From a virus: 64,000 nucleotides of DNA. Every line of letters starts with the position of its first letter. Within the stretch, counting starts at the first letter, position 1. The translations under genes were made by a program, and so were the position numbers. The notes below the pieces were generated by a model that did not search any database, was not told where the DNA came from, and was given only the letters and a program-made list of their open reading frames with translations. The stretch spans positions 5,535 through 69,534 of IMG/VR virus record IMGVR_UViG_3300044630_005784; one strand, 5' to 3'. Below, one piece after another: positions 56,071 through 64,000 of this stretch.

Positions 56071-58328
56071 TGGCTTGGAATAAAACCGAGATTAAGGCAA
56101 TACAACAGGAATCTCAAAAGAGCGCTCTTGGGCTGGGAGCGCCAGTTTCTTTGAATCCGGCAGTTGCTGGCAAGGGTTACAGTGACTCTTGGGATATTGA
56201 GCGGGCGTATCGAGAAGGTGTACAAAAAGTAACATGGGTTTTTCGCTGCATCGACGCCATTGCTGGCAATCAAGCGCGACTTCCCATGATTCTCCGCAAA
56301 GACAACTCGCCAAGCGGCGAAGTCATTAGCGGCAAAGACGAATTGCTGAATATCCTTAACAGCAAGTCAAATGATGGCGAAAATTCTTTTGTATTTCGAT
56401 TTCGCCTCTCTTCGCAACTCCTGATGTCGACCCGTGGCGTTTTTATCGAAAAGGTTCGTAGCCGTAACGGGGATATCGCGGCACTACACCTACTGCCACC
56501 GCAGCACACTCGCCCGATCCCAGATGCCCGTAAATTCGTGTCTGGCTATGAAGTATTGATGCCAACTGGATTGAAAAAAATCGTTCGTCCGGAGGACGTT
56601 ATCTGGGTAAGGCGCCCCCATCCTCTGGATCCCTATCTCTCGCTTACCCCCATGGAAACTGCGGGGGTTGCTATTGAAATTGAAAACCTTGCAAAGATTT
56701 ACAATAGAAATTTCCTATTGAATGACGGCCGACCCGGTGGTTTGCTTGTTATTCGGGGAGAAATGGACGAGGACGACAAGGAAGAATTGCGTTCACGGTT
56801 CCGAGGAAACCTCAACAGGACTGGACAAACTTCAGTTATTGCTTCAGACGACGGTGTTGACTTTGTTGACACTTCGGCGAATCCACGAGATGCCGCTTAT
56901 GTCGAGATGCGCAAGATCACCAAAGAAGAGATCCTTGCTGCTTTTGGTGTTCCGGAGTCGGTAATTGGAAATGCGTCTGGCAGGACTTTTTCGAACGCTG
57001 CTGAAGAGTTGCGGGTTTTCTGGATGGAAACCATGCAACCTCATTTGGAAGTTTTGGCTAGGTCTTTAGATGAGTTGGACGCTGATCGTTACGTTGATTT
57101 TGATACTTCTTCAGTTCCCATTCTTATCGTTGCAAAACAAGAACGAGAGCGATATCTCCTTGACGAGTTTGGATCAGGCCTGATTTCTGGAAACGAGTAT
57201 CGAGCCGGTACGGGCCGAAAGACTGTCGAGTCTGAACTTATGGACTCGATGCTTGCCAATCCAAACCTAACCCCGATTGGCAATACGGAAAAACCATTTA
57301 ATACTCAGCCAACCCCCGTTGACATGATTAACGCAGGTCCACCTCAGCCGCCTCCCGGCCTTGATGCCGGAACCGAGCCTGCGGTTCCTGCCGAACCTCC
57401 TGTCCCCGGAGTTCCTCCCGTTGAAGGCTTGCCCCAGCAGGCTCCCGTGGCTGGAGGGGTCGAAGTTCCGTCAGAACCAACCCCAGCACAGCAAGCGGCG
57501 TTAGCCACGAATCCGATGGAATTTAAGTCTCTTCAAGATAAATCCGAGCCGGACGAGTGGGAAGTTAAATCTGCTCAAACTGTTGAGCGTTGGACAGCAA
57601 TTTTAGATAGATCCCTCGAACGCTTGTTCGAGCGACAGCAGCGAGTTGTTCTTGAAAAGGCTTCAGGGGCTAAAGCCCGACGTTCGCTTGAATCTGGCGA
57701 TTTGCCTGTGGATTCGGTTTTCGATTTGGCGGTTTGGAACAAGCAGATGGACGAAGATTTGCGTCCTGTTCTTGCTGCTGTTGTTGGTGAAGCCGCTGAA
57801 TATGCTGGCCCGAATGACGGTAGTCAGGAACTCGAAAAACAAGAATTCTCCAAATATCTTGACGAGCAGATGCAGCGAATGCACAAAATCAACGACACAA
57901 CAAAAGAAGAAATTCTTGCCGCAATCCTTGTCGTTTCAATCATGCCCACTCTTTCACCCGAAGAAAAAGCCTCCATTCTTCGAACGGCTCTTGGCGCAAT
58001 CTTTGCTGAACTTCTCGGACGCCGCCGCCGAGTTATTGCCGACATGGAAGCAGGTACGGCATTTAATGCTGGAAACTACCTAGCAGCGGTGTCTGCCCAG
58101 CGTCAGTCACAGGACCAACCCGACCGGCCATCAGTCATGACCTTCCGCAAGCAATGGGTCGCAAAAAATGATGACAAGGTCAGAATCGATCATCGAATCC
58201 TTGACGGCCAGACCAAAACTCTTGGTGAACCCTTTGAGGTCGAGGGCTTTTCCCTCCGGTTCCCCGGAGACCCACTTGCCCCACCACACCTCACAATTAA
58301 CTGTCGTTGCAAGATGCGCTGGCTCTGA
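56070..58328 (+). CDS. HK97-type portal protein fused to a MuF-like minor head domain
   Basis: VFRCIDAIA, N.GRPGG, EILAAFGVP; Pro-rich linker; KQW...D.KVR..H..LDGQ...FPGDP...INCRC. Confidence 0.9.
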   Translation: MAWNKTEIKAIQQESQKSALGLGAPVSLNPAVAGKGYSDSWDIERAYREGVQKVTWVFRCIDAIAGNQARLPMILRKDNSPSGEVISGKDELLNILNSKSNDGENSFVFRFRLSSQLLMSTRGVFIEKVRSRNGDIAALHLLPPQHTRPIPDARKFVSGYEVLMPTGLKKIVRPEDVIWVRRPHPLDPYLSLTPMETAGVAIEIENLAKIYNRNFLLNDGRPGGLLVIRGEMDEDDKEELRSRFRGNLNRTGQTSVIASDDGVDFVDTSANPRDAAYVEMRKITKEEILAAFGVPESVIGNASGRTFSNAAEELRVFWMETMQPHLEVLARSLDELDADRYVDFDTSSVPILIVAKQERERYLLDEFGSGLISGNEYRAGTGRKTVESELMDSMLANPNLTPIGNTEKPFNTQPTPVDMINAGPPQPPPGLDAGTEPAVPAEPPVPGVPPVEGLPQQAPVAGGVEVPSEPTPAQQAALATNPMEFKSLQDKSEPDEWEVKSAQTVERWTAILDRSLERLFERQQRVVLEKASGAKARRSLESGDLPVDSVFDLAVWNKQMDEDLRPVLAAVVGEAAEYAGPNDGSQELEKQEFSKYLDEQMQRMHKINDTTKEEILAAILVVSIMPTLSPEEKASILRTALGAIFAELLGRRRRVIADMEAGTAFNAGNYLAAVSAQRQSQDQPDRPSVMTFRKQWVAKNDDKVRIDHRILDGQTKTLGEPFEVEGFSLRFPGDPLAPPHLTINCRCKMRWL

Positions 58329-58344
58329 CAACTAATGTTAAAAT

Positions 58345-58590
58345 GTGAGTGCAGAAACCATTTGGACGTGGGTCCTTTTCGTCTTTGAGGTTGCCGGAAT
58401 CACTGGAATGTGGTTCATTGGTAAAAAGATTTGGTGGGGATGGGGGATCGTCCTCCTGCATTCGATCCCTTGGTTCATCTACAGCCTGATTTACGGGAAA
58501 CCGGGCTTCATCGCAATGTCCTTTATGTGGTGGACGATGAACTTTTACAACATGCGGAAGTGGAGATCTGAGCAGAGTTTAAGTAAATAG
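58345..58590 (+). CDS. small membrane protein, PnuC-like half transporter
   Basis: G.W..G.K.WWGW...W..Y...G pattern, three TM segments. Confidence 0.6.
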   Translation: MSAETIWTWVLFVFEVAGITGMWFIGKKIWWGWGIVLLHSIPWFIYSLIYGKPGFIAMSFMWWTMNFYNMRKWRSEQSLSK

Positions 58591-58685
58591 TTTCTTTATT
58601 CACCACGCATTGAATACAGAAACCTTTCCGTACATGGCTATGGAGTGTTCTAATCTTAGAACAAATCTCTTCGACAGGACTTTCG

Positions 58686-61415
58686 ATGGACCTCTTTGAA
58701 ACCAAAGCCATGCCCGGTCAAATCAATATCGACGAAGCCGAAGGCATTGTTGAATGTTTTGTCGCTGGAGTCGGCAATAAAGACTCCGTCGGCGACATTG
58801 TTCTACCGGGCGCATTTACAGCGAGCCTCCAGCGCCGCAAGCCGCGAGTTGTGTGGGGCCACGATTGGAATCAGCCCATCGGGAAAGTTCTTGAAATCTA
58901 CGAAGTCCCATCGAGCGATCGCCGCCTTCCTGAGAAAATGCGCTCCGCGGGCATTGGTGGCCTGTTCGCTAAGGTTCAATTCAATCTAAAAGCAGAGCGA
59001 GGGCGGGAAGCATTCGCCAACATTGCCTTTTTTGGGACAGAACAAGAATGGTCAATTGGCTATAAAACTCTTGACGCCGTCTATGACAACGCTCGGCAAG
59101 CCAACTTGTTGAAAGAAGTAGAACTGTATGAAGTAAGTCCAGTTCTACATGGAGCCAATCAACTCACTGCAACGATTTCGATCAAGTCAGATGAGGCAAA
59201 CGATGATGATGAAATCTCCTCGTTTAAAAAATCAAAATGGCCCATGTTTGATCGCACTTTTGCTGAAATGATCAAAAAGGAGCATCCAAAGATTTGGGAC
59301 GCTGGGGGCAACATCAAGGGCGACGACCAATACACAATTCTGACTCGGATTGCAGAACAGGGCGGAGTGGCAAAAACTCCTTCGCAGGTCGCCGCTCTCG
59401 AACTAAGGGAGGCTTGGGTGGCGCGCCACGAGGGAGACTTCCGTCTTCCCGGCGTAATCGCTCAAATCAAGTGGCTGGCGATTGGCAGCAGGGGCGAAGC
59501 CCACATGAAGAAAGTGGTTCGCGACGAAATGAAGCGTCTAGCAGAAAAGACGTCGAGTAAAGCCGCACAAGAATGCCCGCCCGCGACGCAAAGTGTTCAA
59601 GTAAATCTGACAAACCGACAGAATGCTATCGACACTGCCGGTTACGGCCCGTTGAATCCGGCTGAAGCAAATACCAACTTTTGGTCATCAAAGGGTCGCC
59701 GTTGGGATGTCAGCCCTGAAGAGGCTCGTAAGCAGACTTGCGGAAATTGTGCAGCATTCATTAAAACTCCAGAAATGCTTGACTGCATCAAAGGTGGTCT
59801 CGCTGCCGGGGGCGGACTTACGGGCAGTCAGGACGCAATGGATGTCATTGAGGCTGGCGATCTTGGATACTGCGAATCATTTGATTTCAAATGTGCTTCG
59901 GCCCGAACATGTGACGCATGGATTGGCGGAGGTCCTGTAACCGAATCCTCTTCCGAAGAAGAATCAGAAGAGAAGGGCCACGGCGTACGCGACGAAGCAG
60001 CAATGATCCAAGCAATGCAACAAGCGCTAATCGCAAATGCTGAATCTGAAAATGAAGAGTCATATGGCGGCTCCTATCAGTCTCAATATGACGACTCGGA
60101 AGAAGAAGTAGAAGAAATTCTGGCCAACGCTGCGATGGGACGTAATGCCGTCCTTGCTCGCGCTCTTGCCAACGAAATGCGAACCCCTGTCCGAATTCGA
60201 GCCGTAGAACGAAACGTCGTCATCTTTGACGTAATGGGTGAGGACGAAACACCAATCACCATGCGAACAGGGTGGCACGCCGAACGAGGCCAGATCATGC
60301 TCAGCAGGCCCGAGCGCGTTCGAGCAGAAACCGTTTACCTTCCAATCGACGGAGAAGGGGACGGCCAAGTTTATTCCGGAGACATTTCAAGTTCTTTCAA
60401 AGGGCCTGAAATTAAGGCTCCGACACCGGTCGACGCCATCCCGCAAGAGCGGTTTACCGGCGATGTCCTTCGAGGACGCGGGCCACGTCGAGGAAACCTT
60501 GAGCGGCTTCTCCGATACTGGCGTCCGATTATGCGGAAACCCGGTGGGTTCCGTCGATGCCTTGTGATCCTTGCCGATCACCCTGAGTTGTACCCACTTG
60601 CAAACATCTGTGCGTGGCTACACCACGAGACAACCGGTCTTTGGCCCAACGAGGGTTGCCATCATCCGGGTATGAAGAATTGTCGTCGCAAGTTGCGTGG
60701 CGTTGTTAGGGGTTCTTTGATCTCTGATGCCGAATTCAATGATCGTCTTGAAGCGTTGAAGCCAAATACTGGCAAAAAGAAAGGCATGCCCGATCCTTTC
60801 GACGACGATGAAGAAGATGTAGTTACTGACGCCGATATCGCGTATGCCAATAAAGTTCTCAATGACTTCGTCGAGCAAGAAAAAGAATTCATGGAGTATC
60901 TGAGCGACGAAAAAAACTGGGGTCATTATGGCGACGATGATGATGAAAATGAAATCGAGCATGATTGGGTAATGCCAGATAACGCTCCAGAGGGTGTGAC
61001 TGCGAAGAAGCCTGATGGCTGCGGCTGCGGCTGCAGTGGTGCCGGAGGCAAAGGCTCATGCATGGATATGCCTAAGTCCATCGAGGAAAGCCTTGAGGCT
61101 TTGAAGGCTAAAGTTGGGCGTAGCCTGAATTCTCGAAATGCCGAAAAGATCACACAGGCCATTCAACTTTTGACTGAAGTAATTGGCAATGACAGCGCTC
61201 AAGCGCGAATACAGCGTAAAGAGAACGCTGTTGTCATTGAGGCTCCACGGTCTCAGTTGTTTGATCTTCGCGAGACCATTGATCCGATCGTCGACTTCTA
61301 TGATCTTGATGCTGAAATTGATGAGGACGGCATTCGTTTTGATTTTGTCAGTCGAGATGCTGAGGCTGCTCTTCAGAAAGCGCTAGTGAATTTTTCTGAA
61401 GTTGAAACAAAATGA
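58686..61415 (+). CDS. HK97-type prohead protease with multiple C-terminal modules
   Basis: DIV.PGAF, WGHD, WSIGY, LYEVSPV..GAN in the first ~165 aa; 909 aa in total. Confidence 0.88.
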   Translation: MDLFETKAMPGQINIDEAEGIVECFVAGVGNKDSVGDIVLPGAFTASLQRRKPRVVWGHDWNQPIGKVLEIYEVPSSDRRLPEKMRSAGIGGLFAKVQFNLKAERGREAFANIAFFGTEQEWSIGYKTLDAVYDNARQANLLKEVELYEVSPVLHGANQLTATISIKSDEANDDDEISSFKKSKWPMFDRTFAEMIKKEHPKIWDAGGNIKGDDQYTILTRIAEQGGVAKTPSQVAALELREAWVARHEGDFRLPGVIAQIKWLAIGSRGEAHMKKVVRDEMKRLAEKTSSKAAQECPPATQSVQVNLTNRQNAIDTAGYGPLNPAEANTNFWSSKGRRWDVSPEEARKQTCGNCAAFIKTPEMLDCIKGGLAAGGGLTGSQDAMDVIEAGDLGYCESFDFKCASARTCDAWIGGGPVTESSSEEESEEKGHGVRDEAAMIQAMQQALIANAESENEESYGGSYQSQYDDSEEEVEEILANAAMGRNAVLARALANEMRTPVRIRAVERNVVIFDVMGEDETPITMRTGWHAERGQIMLSRPERVRAETVYLPIDGEGDGQVYSGDISSSFKGPEIKAPTPVDAIPQERFTGDVLRGRGPRRGNLERLLRYWRPIMRKPGGFRRCLVILADHPELYPLANICAWLHHETTGLWPNEGCHHPGMKNCRRKLRGVVRGSLISDAEFNDRLEALKPNTGKKKGMPDPFDDDEEDVVTDADIAYANKVLNDFVEQEKEFMEYLSDEKNWGHYGDDDDENEIEHDWVMPDNAPEGVTAKKPDGCGCGCSGAGGKGSCMDMPKSIEESLEALKAKVGRSLNSRNAEKITQAIQLLTEVIGNDSAQARIQRKENAVVIEAPRSQLFDLRETIDPIVDFYDLDAEIDEDGIRFDFVSRDAEAALQKALVNFSEVETK

Positions 61416-64000
61416 ATTTCTGGGGATTTTCTCGTAGTCAACTCAAAGGATTATTCAACGATCCTTTAATTGAGCAAAAGAAAAGTCCTCAGAGCGAGAC
61501 CTCTATTCGTATTCGCTTGAAGTCTGCCAAGGTTCTTACGACTGCGGCCGCTACGGGTCAGGTTGTTGATTTTGCTCAAACCCTAGTTGCCCCCGTCGCG
61601 CAACCTCATTTGTTTAGCGAACCATCGTCGGATGAGTTGCTTCATCGGCAAAGGGAAAAAAACACTACAATTTTTTCTGACTCAATTTTTCCTTTGACTG
61701 CCCAGCAGCGTGCTGAAAAGTATGGGCGTAAAGTCGGTCTCGGCGGTAAGGGTTGGCCCGTCAAGGATGAACCGTATGATCCTGAGGCGAGGGATGGCGA
61801 TAATGATGGCATCGTGCAGGAGGGGACTGCGTGGGAGCGTCCTGCGGGAACTCGCATCATTGATGCTGATGGTATCGAAATTCGTGCAGGCCGTATTTCT
61901 TCTTATCGCGCAAAAACTAACCGTGTAATTGATGCGGATGGGAATGCCGTTGATTACGTTCCTTCTTATCAGCGGAGTGAGGCGGGAACTATTGGTGAAA
62001 CTGTTGGGATGATTCGGCCAGATGGTGATTCTGGAGAAGATGTACCGACTGATGTCGACCCCGATAGTAATGAAGACTCTGCTGAGGATTTGCTTTCTGA
62101 CTTGGAAGCGATGTTTAACGAGATGTTGGGTGAGGAAAACACTGAGTCGCCTGATGCTGTTATCAGGGACTTGGAAGAAATGTTTGATGGCTTAGAGCAG
62201 CAAATGCGTGAAGACCGGGAGCAGTCCGAGCGAGAGGCGGAAGAACGTCGTATTGCTCGTGAGGAGGCTGATCGTGAAAATTTGAAAGAGCAGCAAGAGC
62301 CTCTTCCTTTTGAGGCGAGCATGCCAGCCGATGGCTATGGCCCCAGCACTCTGTCCGATCCAGAAGATCAAAGTTTTGTTCGTTACAGGCTTCGGGCGGC
62401 GCAACTTAGCGACGATGAACTTGATGGTCTTGCTGAAGCGCCAGATGAACGTTTGAAAGAGTACATTCGCGAACTTCGTGAGCGGTCTCAGCAGGGTATG
62501 GCGTTAGCCAATGACGTTGATAACTACACTCAGAGATCTCTTACAGAACGCGGCCTTGGATTTGAACCAGATGTAGCCCGAAGCGTCGACTACTCGATTG
62601 CTTACTATCAAAATATGATTGCTGATTACCTTGATGATCGACTTTCGGCCCGGCAAGATATTGAAACGGTTGACGAAAAGCCATTGGATGAGGGAATCCG
62701 AGGCGTCATGGCATGGCTGGATCGGGTGTCAGAAGATGTTGAAAGGCAGATCGAGTTAGCGGAGCGTGAAGAGGCCGGATTGGGGAATGACGAGGTAGAC
62801 GGGGGTGAAGATTACGAAGTGGGGATTAAAGACGGTCAATATGTGTCTGGCCCAATTACTTTTTCTCCCGACGAACTCGATGAAGCCGAAAAAGTTTTTA
62901 GGGATCTCGTTCCTGAAGCATTTGAAGATATGGGAATGTTTGACGGCTTTAACCCGGATCCGGCTGATCGGTATTTAGATCTTGATGACCCGAACGAAAA
63001 ATTGGTTCTAGAGTTTGACGAAGATGCTAAATACGAAGAAAAATTATCTCCGCCAAGGCAGCCAACCGATGAAGATCGACCCTCCGGAGTTCCTGATTAT
63101 CTATGGGAAATGTATGTGGAGGATCAGACTCGATGGGCTGAACCCTTCGGTGAAGATGAAGATGGCGAAAAATTTGTTTGGATGCGCACCGAAAAGTTTA
63201 CATATTGGCTTAATCGTCTGGTCGAAAGCGAAAAGCGAAGAATCGACTCAGACCTGAATGTCAATCACTTACATGAAGGTGTTTTTGATTTTATTCCTTC
63301 CAACCCGGTAGCCGATAAAAAGGAATGGACTAATCAGCAGAAGTTGGCCCAACAGATAGGAAGGTTGCAGTCGCTAGAGTTTAAAAACGAAACCGTGGGG
63401 TCAATGGGCGCCATGATTCTTGCAATGGATTATAGGGATTATCGTGCAAATTTGAGTAAACAGTTATTTACCAGCGGAGGGCGACGATTTACTGGCAGGG
63501 GTACTCCTTTTCAGGTCAAACCCTTAACGCTAAGGGAATACCTTGAAGTCGTGAATGAGCGGGGGGTTAAATCCCAAATCGGTGACCGAGCGCAGGATCT
63601 GGATATGAATGACCGGTTGGAAGAATTCATGGACATCATGTTGGGGGGTGCAGACAACGAGGACGGGGGTCTGCTTGGTTTTCTTGATCCAGATTCGCAA
63701 AAACTTTGGGACGAAGTGTCAGACCAGATCGAAGAAGACAAGATGAAAAAGGAACGGGTTGAAAAAGAACCTTCTGATCTTGCGGTACAGGAAGATCTTT
63801 CGGTGCAGGAAGATGATGGGTTTTTGTTGGGACCACTTAGATTTGGGGATATTGCCGAAACAGAGGAAGCATTCGATAAAGAAGAAGCACGGAAACAGAA
63901 GATTATTGACAGATTTGGCGGCAAAGATAAATACGATATTGACGCTGAACCTGAAGATGTTTATATCGATTTAGATGATGCAAATCCTGATCGTCTGAAT
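61412..64000 (+). CDS. giant acidic head-region protein, 3'-truncated
   Basis: Absent from ORF track because it has no stop in the window; ATGA overlap with protease; frame open where checked (start, 63.4 kb, end); YDPEARDGDNDGIVQEGT motif. Confidence 0.8.
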   Translation, partial: MNFWGFSRSQLKGLFNDPLIEQKKSPQSETSIRIRLKSAKVLTTAAATGQVVDFAQTLVAPVAQPHLFSEPSSDELLHRQREKNTTIFSDSIFPLTAQQRAEKYGRKVGLGGKGWPVKDEPYDPEARDGDNDGIVQEGTAWERPAGTRIIDADGIEIRAGRISSYRAKTNRVIDADGNAVDYVPSYQRSEAGTIGETVGMIRPDGDSGEDVPTDVDPDSNEDSAEDLLSDLEAMFNEMLGEENTESPDAVIRDLEEMFDGLEQQMREDREQSEREAEERRIAREEADRENLKEQQEPLPFEASMPADGYGPSTLSDPEDQSFVRYRLRAAQLSDDELDGLAEAPDERLKEYIRELRERSQQGMALANDVDNYTQRSLTERGLGFEPDVARSVDYSIAYYQNMIADYLDDRLSARQDIETVDEKPLDEGIRGVMAWLDRVSEDVERQIELAEREEAGLGNDEVDGGEDYEVGIKDGQYVSGPITFSPDELDEAEKVFRDLVPEAFEDMGMFDGFNPDPADRYLDLDDPNEKLVLEFDEDAKYEEKLSPPRQPTDEDRPSGVPDYLWEMYVEDQTRWAEPFGEDEDGEKFVWMRTEKFTYWLNRLVESEKRRIDSDLNVNHLHEGVFDFIPSNPVADKKEWTNQQKLAQQIGRLQSLEFKNETVGSMGAMILAMDYRDYRANLSKQLFTSGGRRFTGRGTPFQVKPLTLREYLEVVNERGVKSQIGDRAQDLDMNDRLEEFMDIMLGGADNEDGGLLGFLDPDSQKLWDEVSDQIEEDKMKKERVEKEPSDLAVQEDLSVQEDDGFLLGPLRFGDIAETEEAFDKEEARKQKIIDRFGGKDKYDIDAEPEDVYIDLDDANPDRLN

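Noticed and set aside
1-64000. Alternative genetic code, tRNA genes, integrase or host flanks
   Set aside because: TAA, TAG and TGA all end genes with tight coupling; no cloverleaf, integrase or housekeeping gene recognised by eye (tRNAscan not run)

Overview
This is a 64-kb slice of a large contractile-tailed (myovirus-type) dsDNA phage, probably infecting an actinobacterium (WhiB gene, many leaderless -10/ATG starts). No host chromosomal genes, rRNA, tRNA or CRISPR array were seen. Layout: (1) 1-9.9 kb, early/accessory region of small genes plus a MoxR-type AAA+/VWA pair, controlled by a repeated regulatory cassette (CRP-like TGTGA-N6-TCACA box, SigA-type promoter with an exact 17-bp spacer, CCTACTAC leader motif), with a head-to-head DnaA-box pair; (2) 10.2-14.2 kb, replication module (initiator-like, loader-like, primase-helicase, HTH and three RHH proteins) ending at a sharp CA-to-GT strand-skew inversion near 14.0 kb; (3) 14.2-55.8 kb, mostly minus strand, read right to left: terminase, Rad52/Sak, RecB-like nuclease, GT4, HNH, RuvC, ParB + PAPS-reductase + ParB module, neck, sheath, tube, frameshifted chaperone, tape measure, baseplate, lysis-type membrane genes, a 2346-aa collagen-like fibre, three tandem tail-collar proteins, GT2, phosphoesterase, WhiB; (4) 55.9-64 kb, plus strand: portal fused to a MuF-like domain, a 909-aa multi-module prohead protease, and a very acidic giant ORF running off the window. 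All calls rest on motifs read by eye and on synteny; no database search was run.
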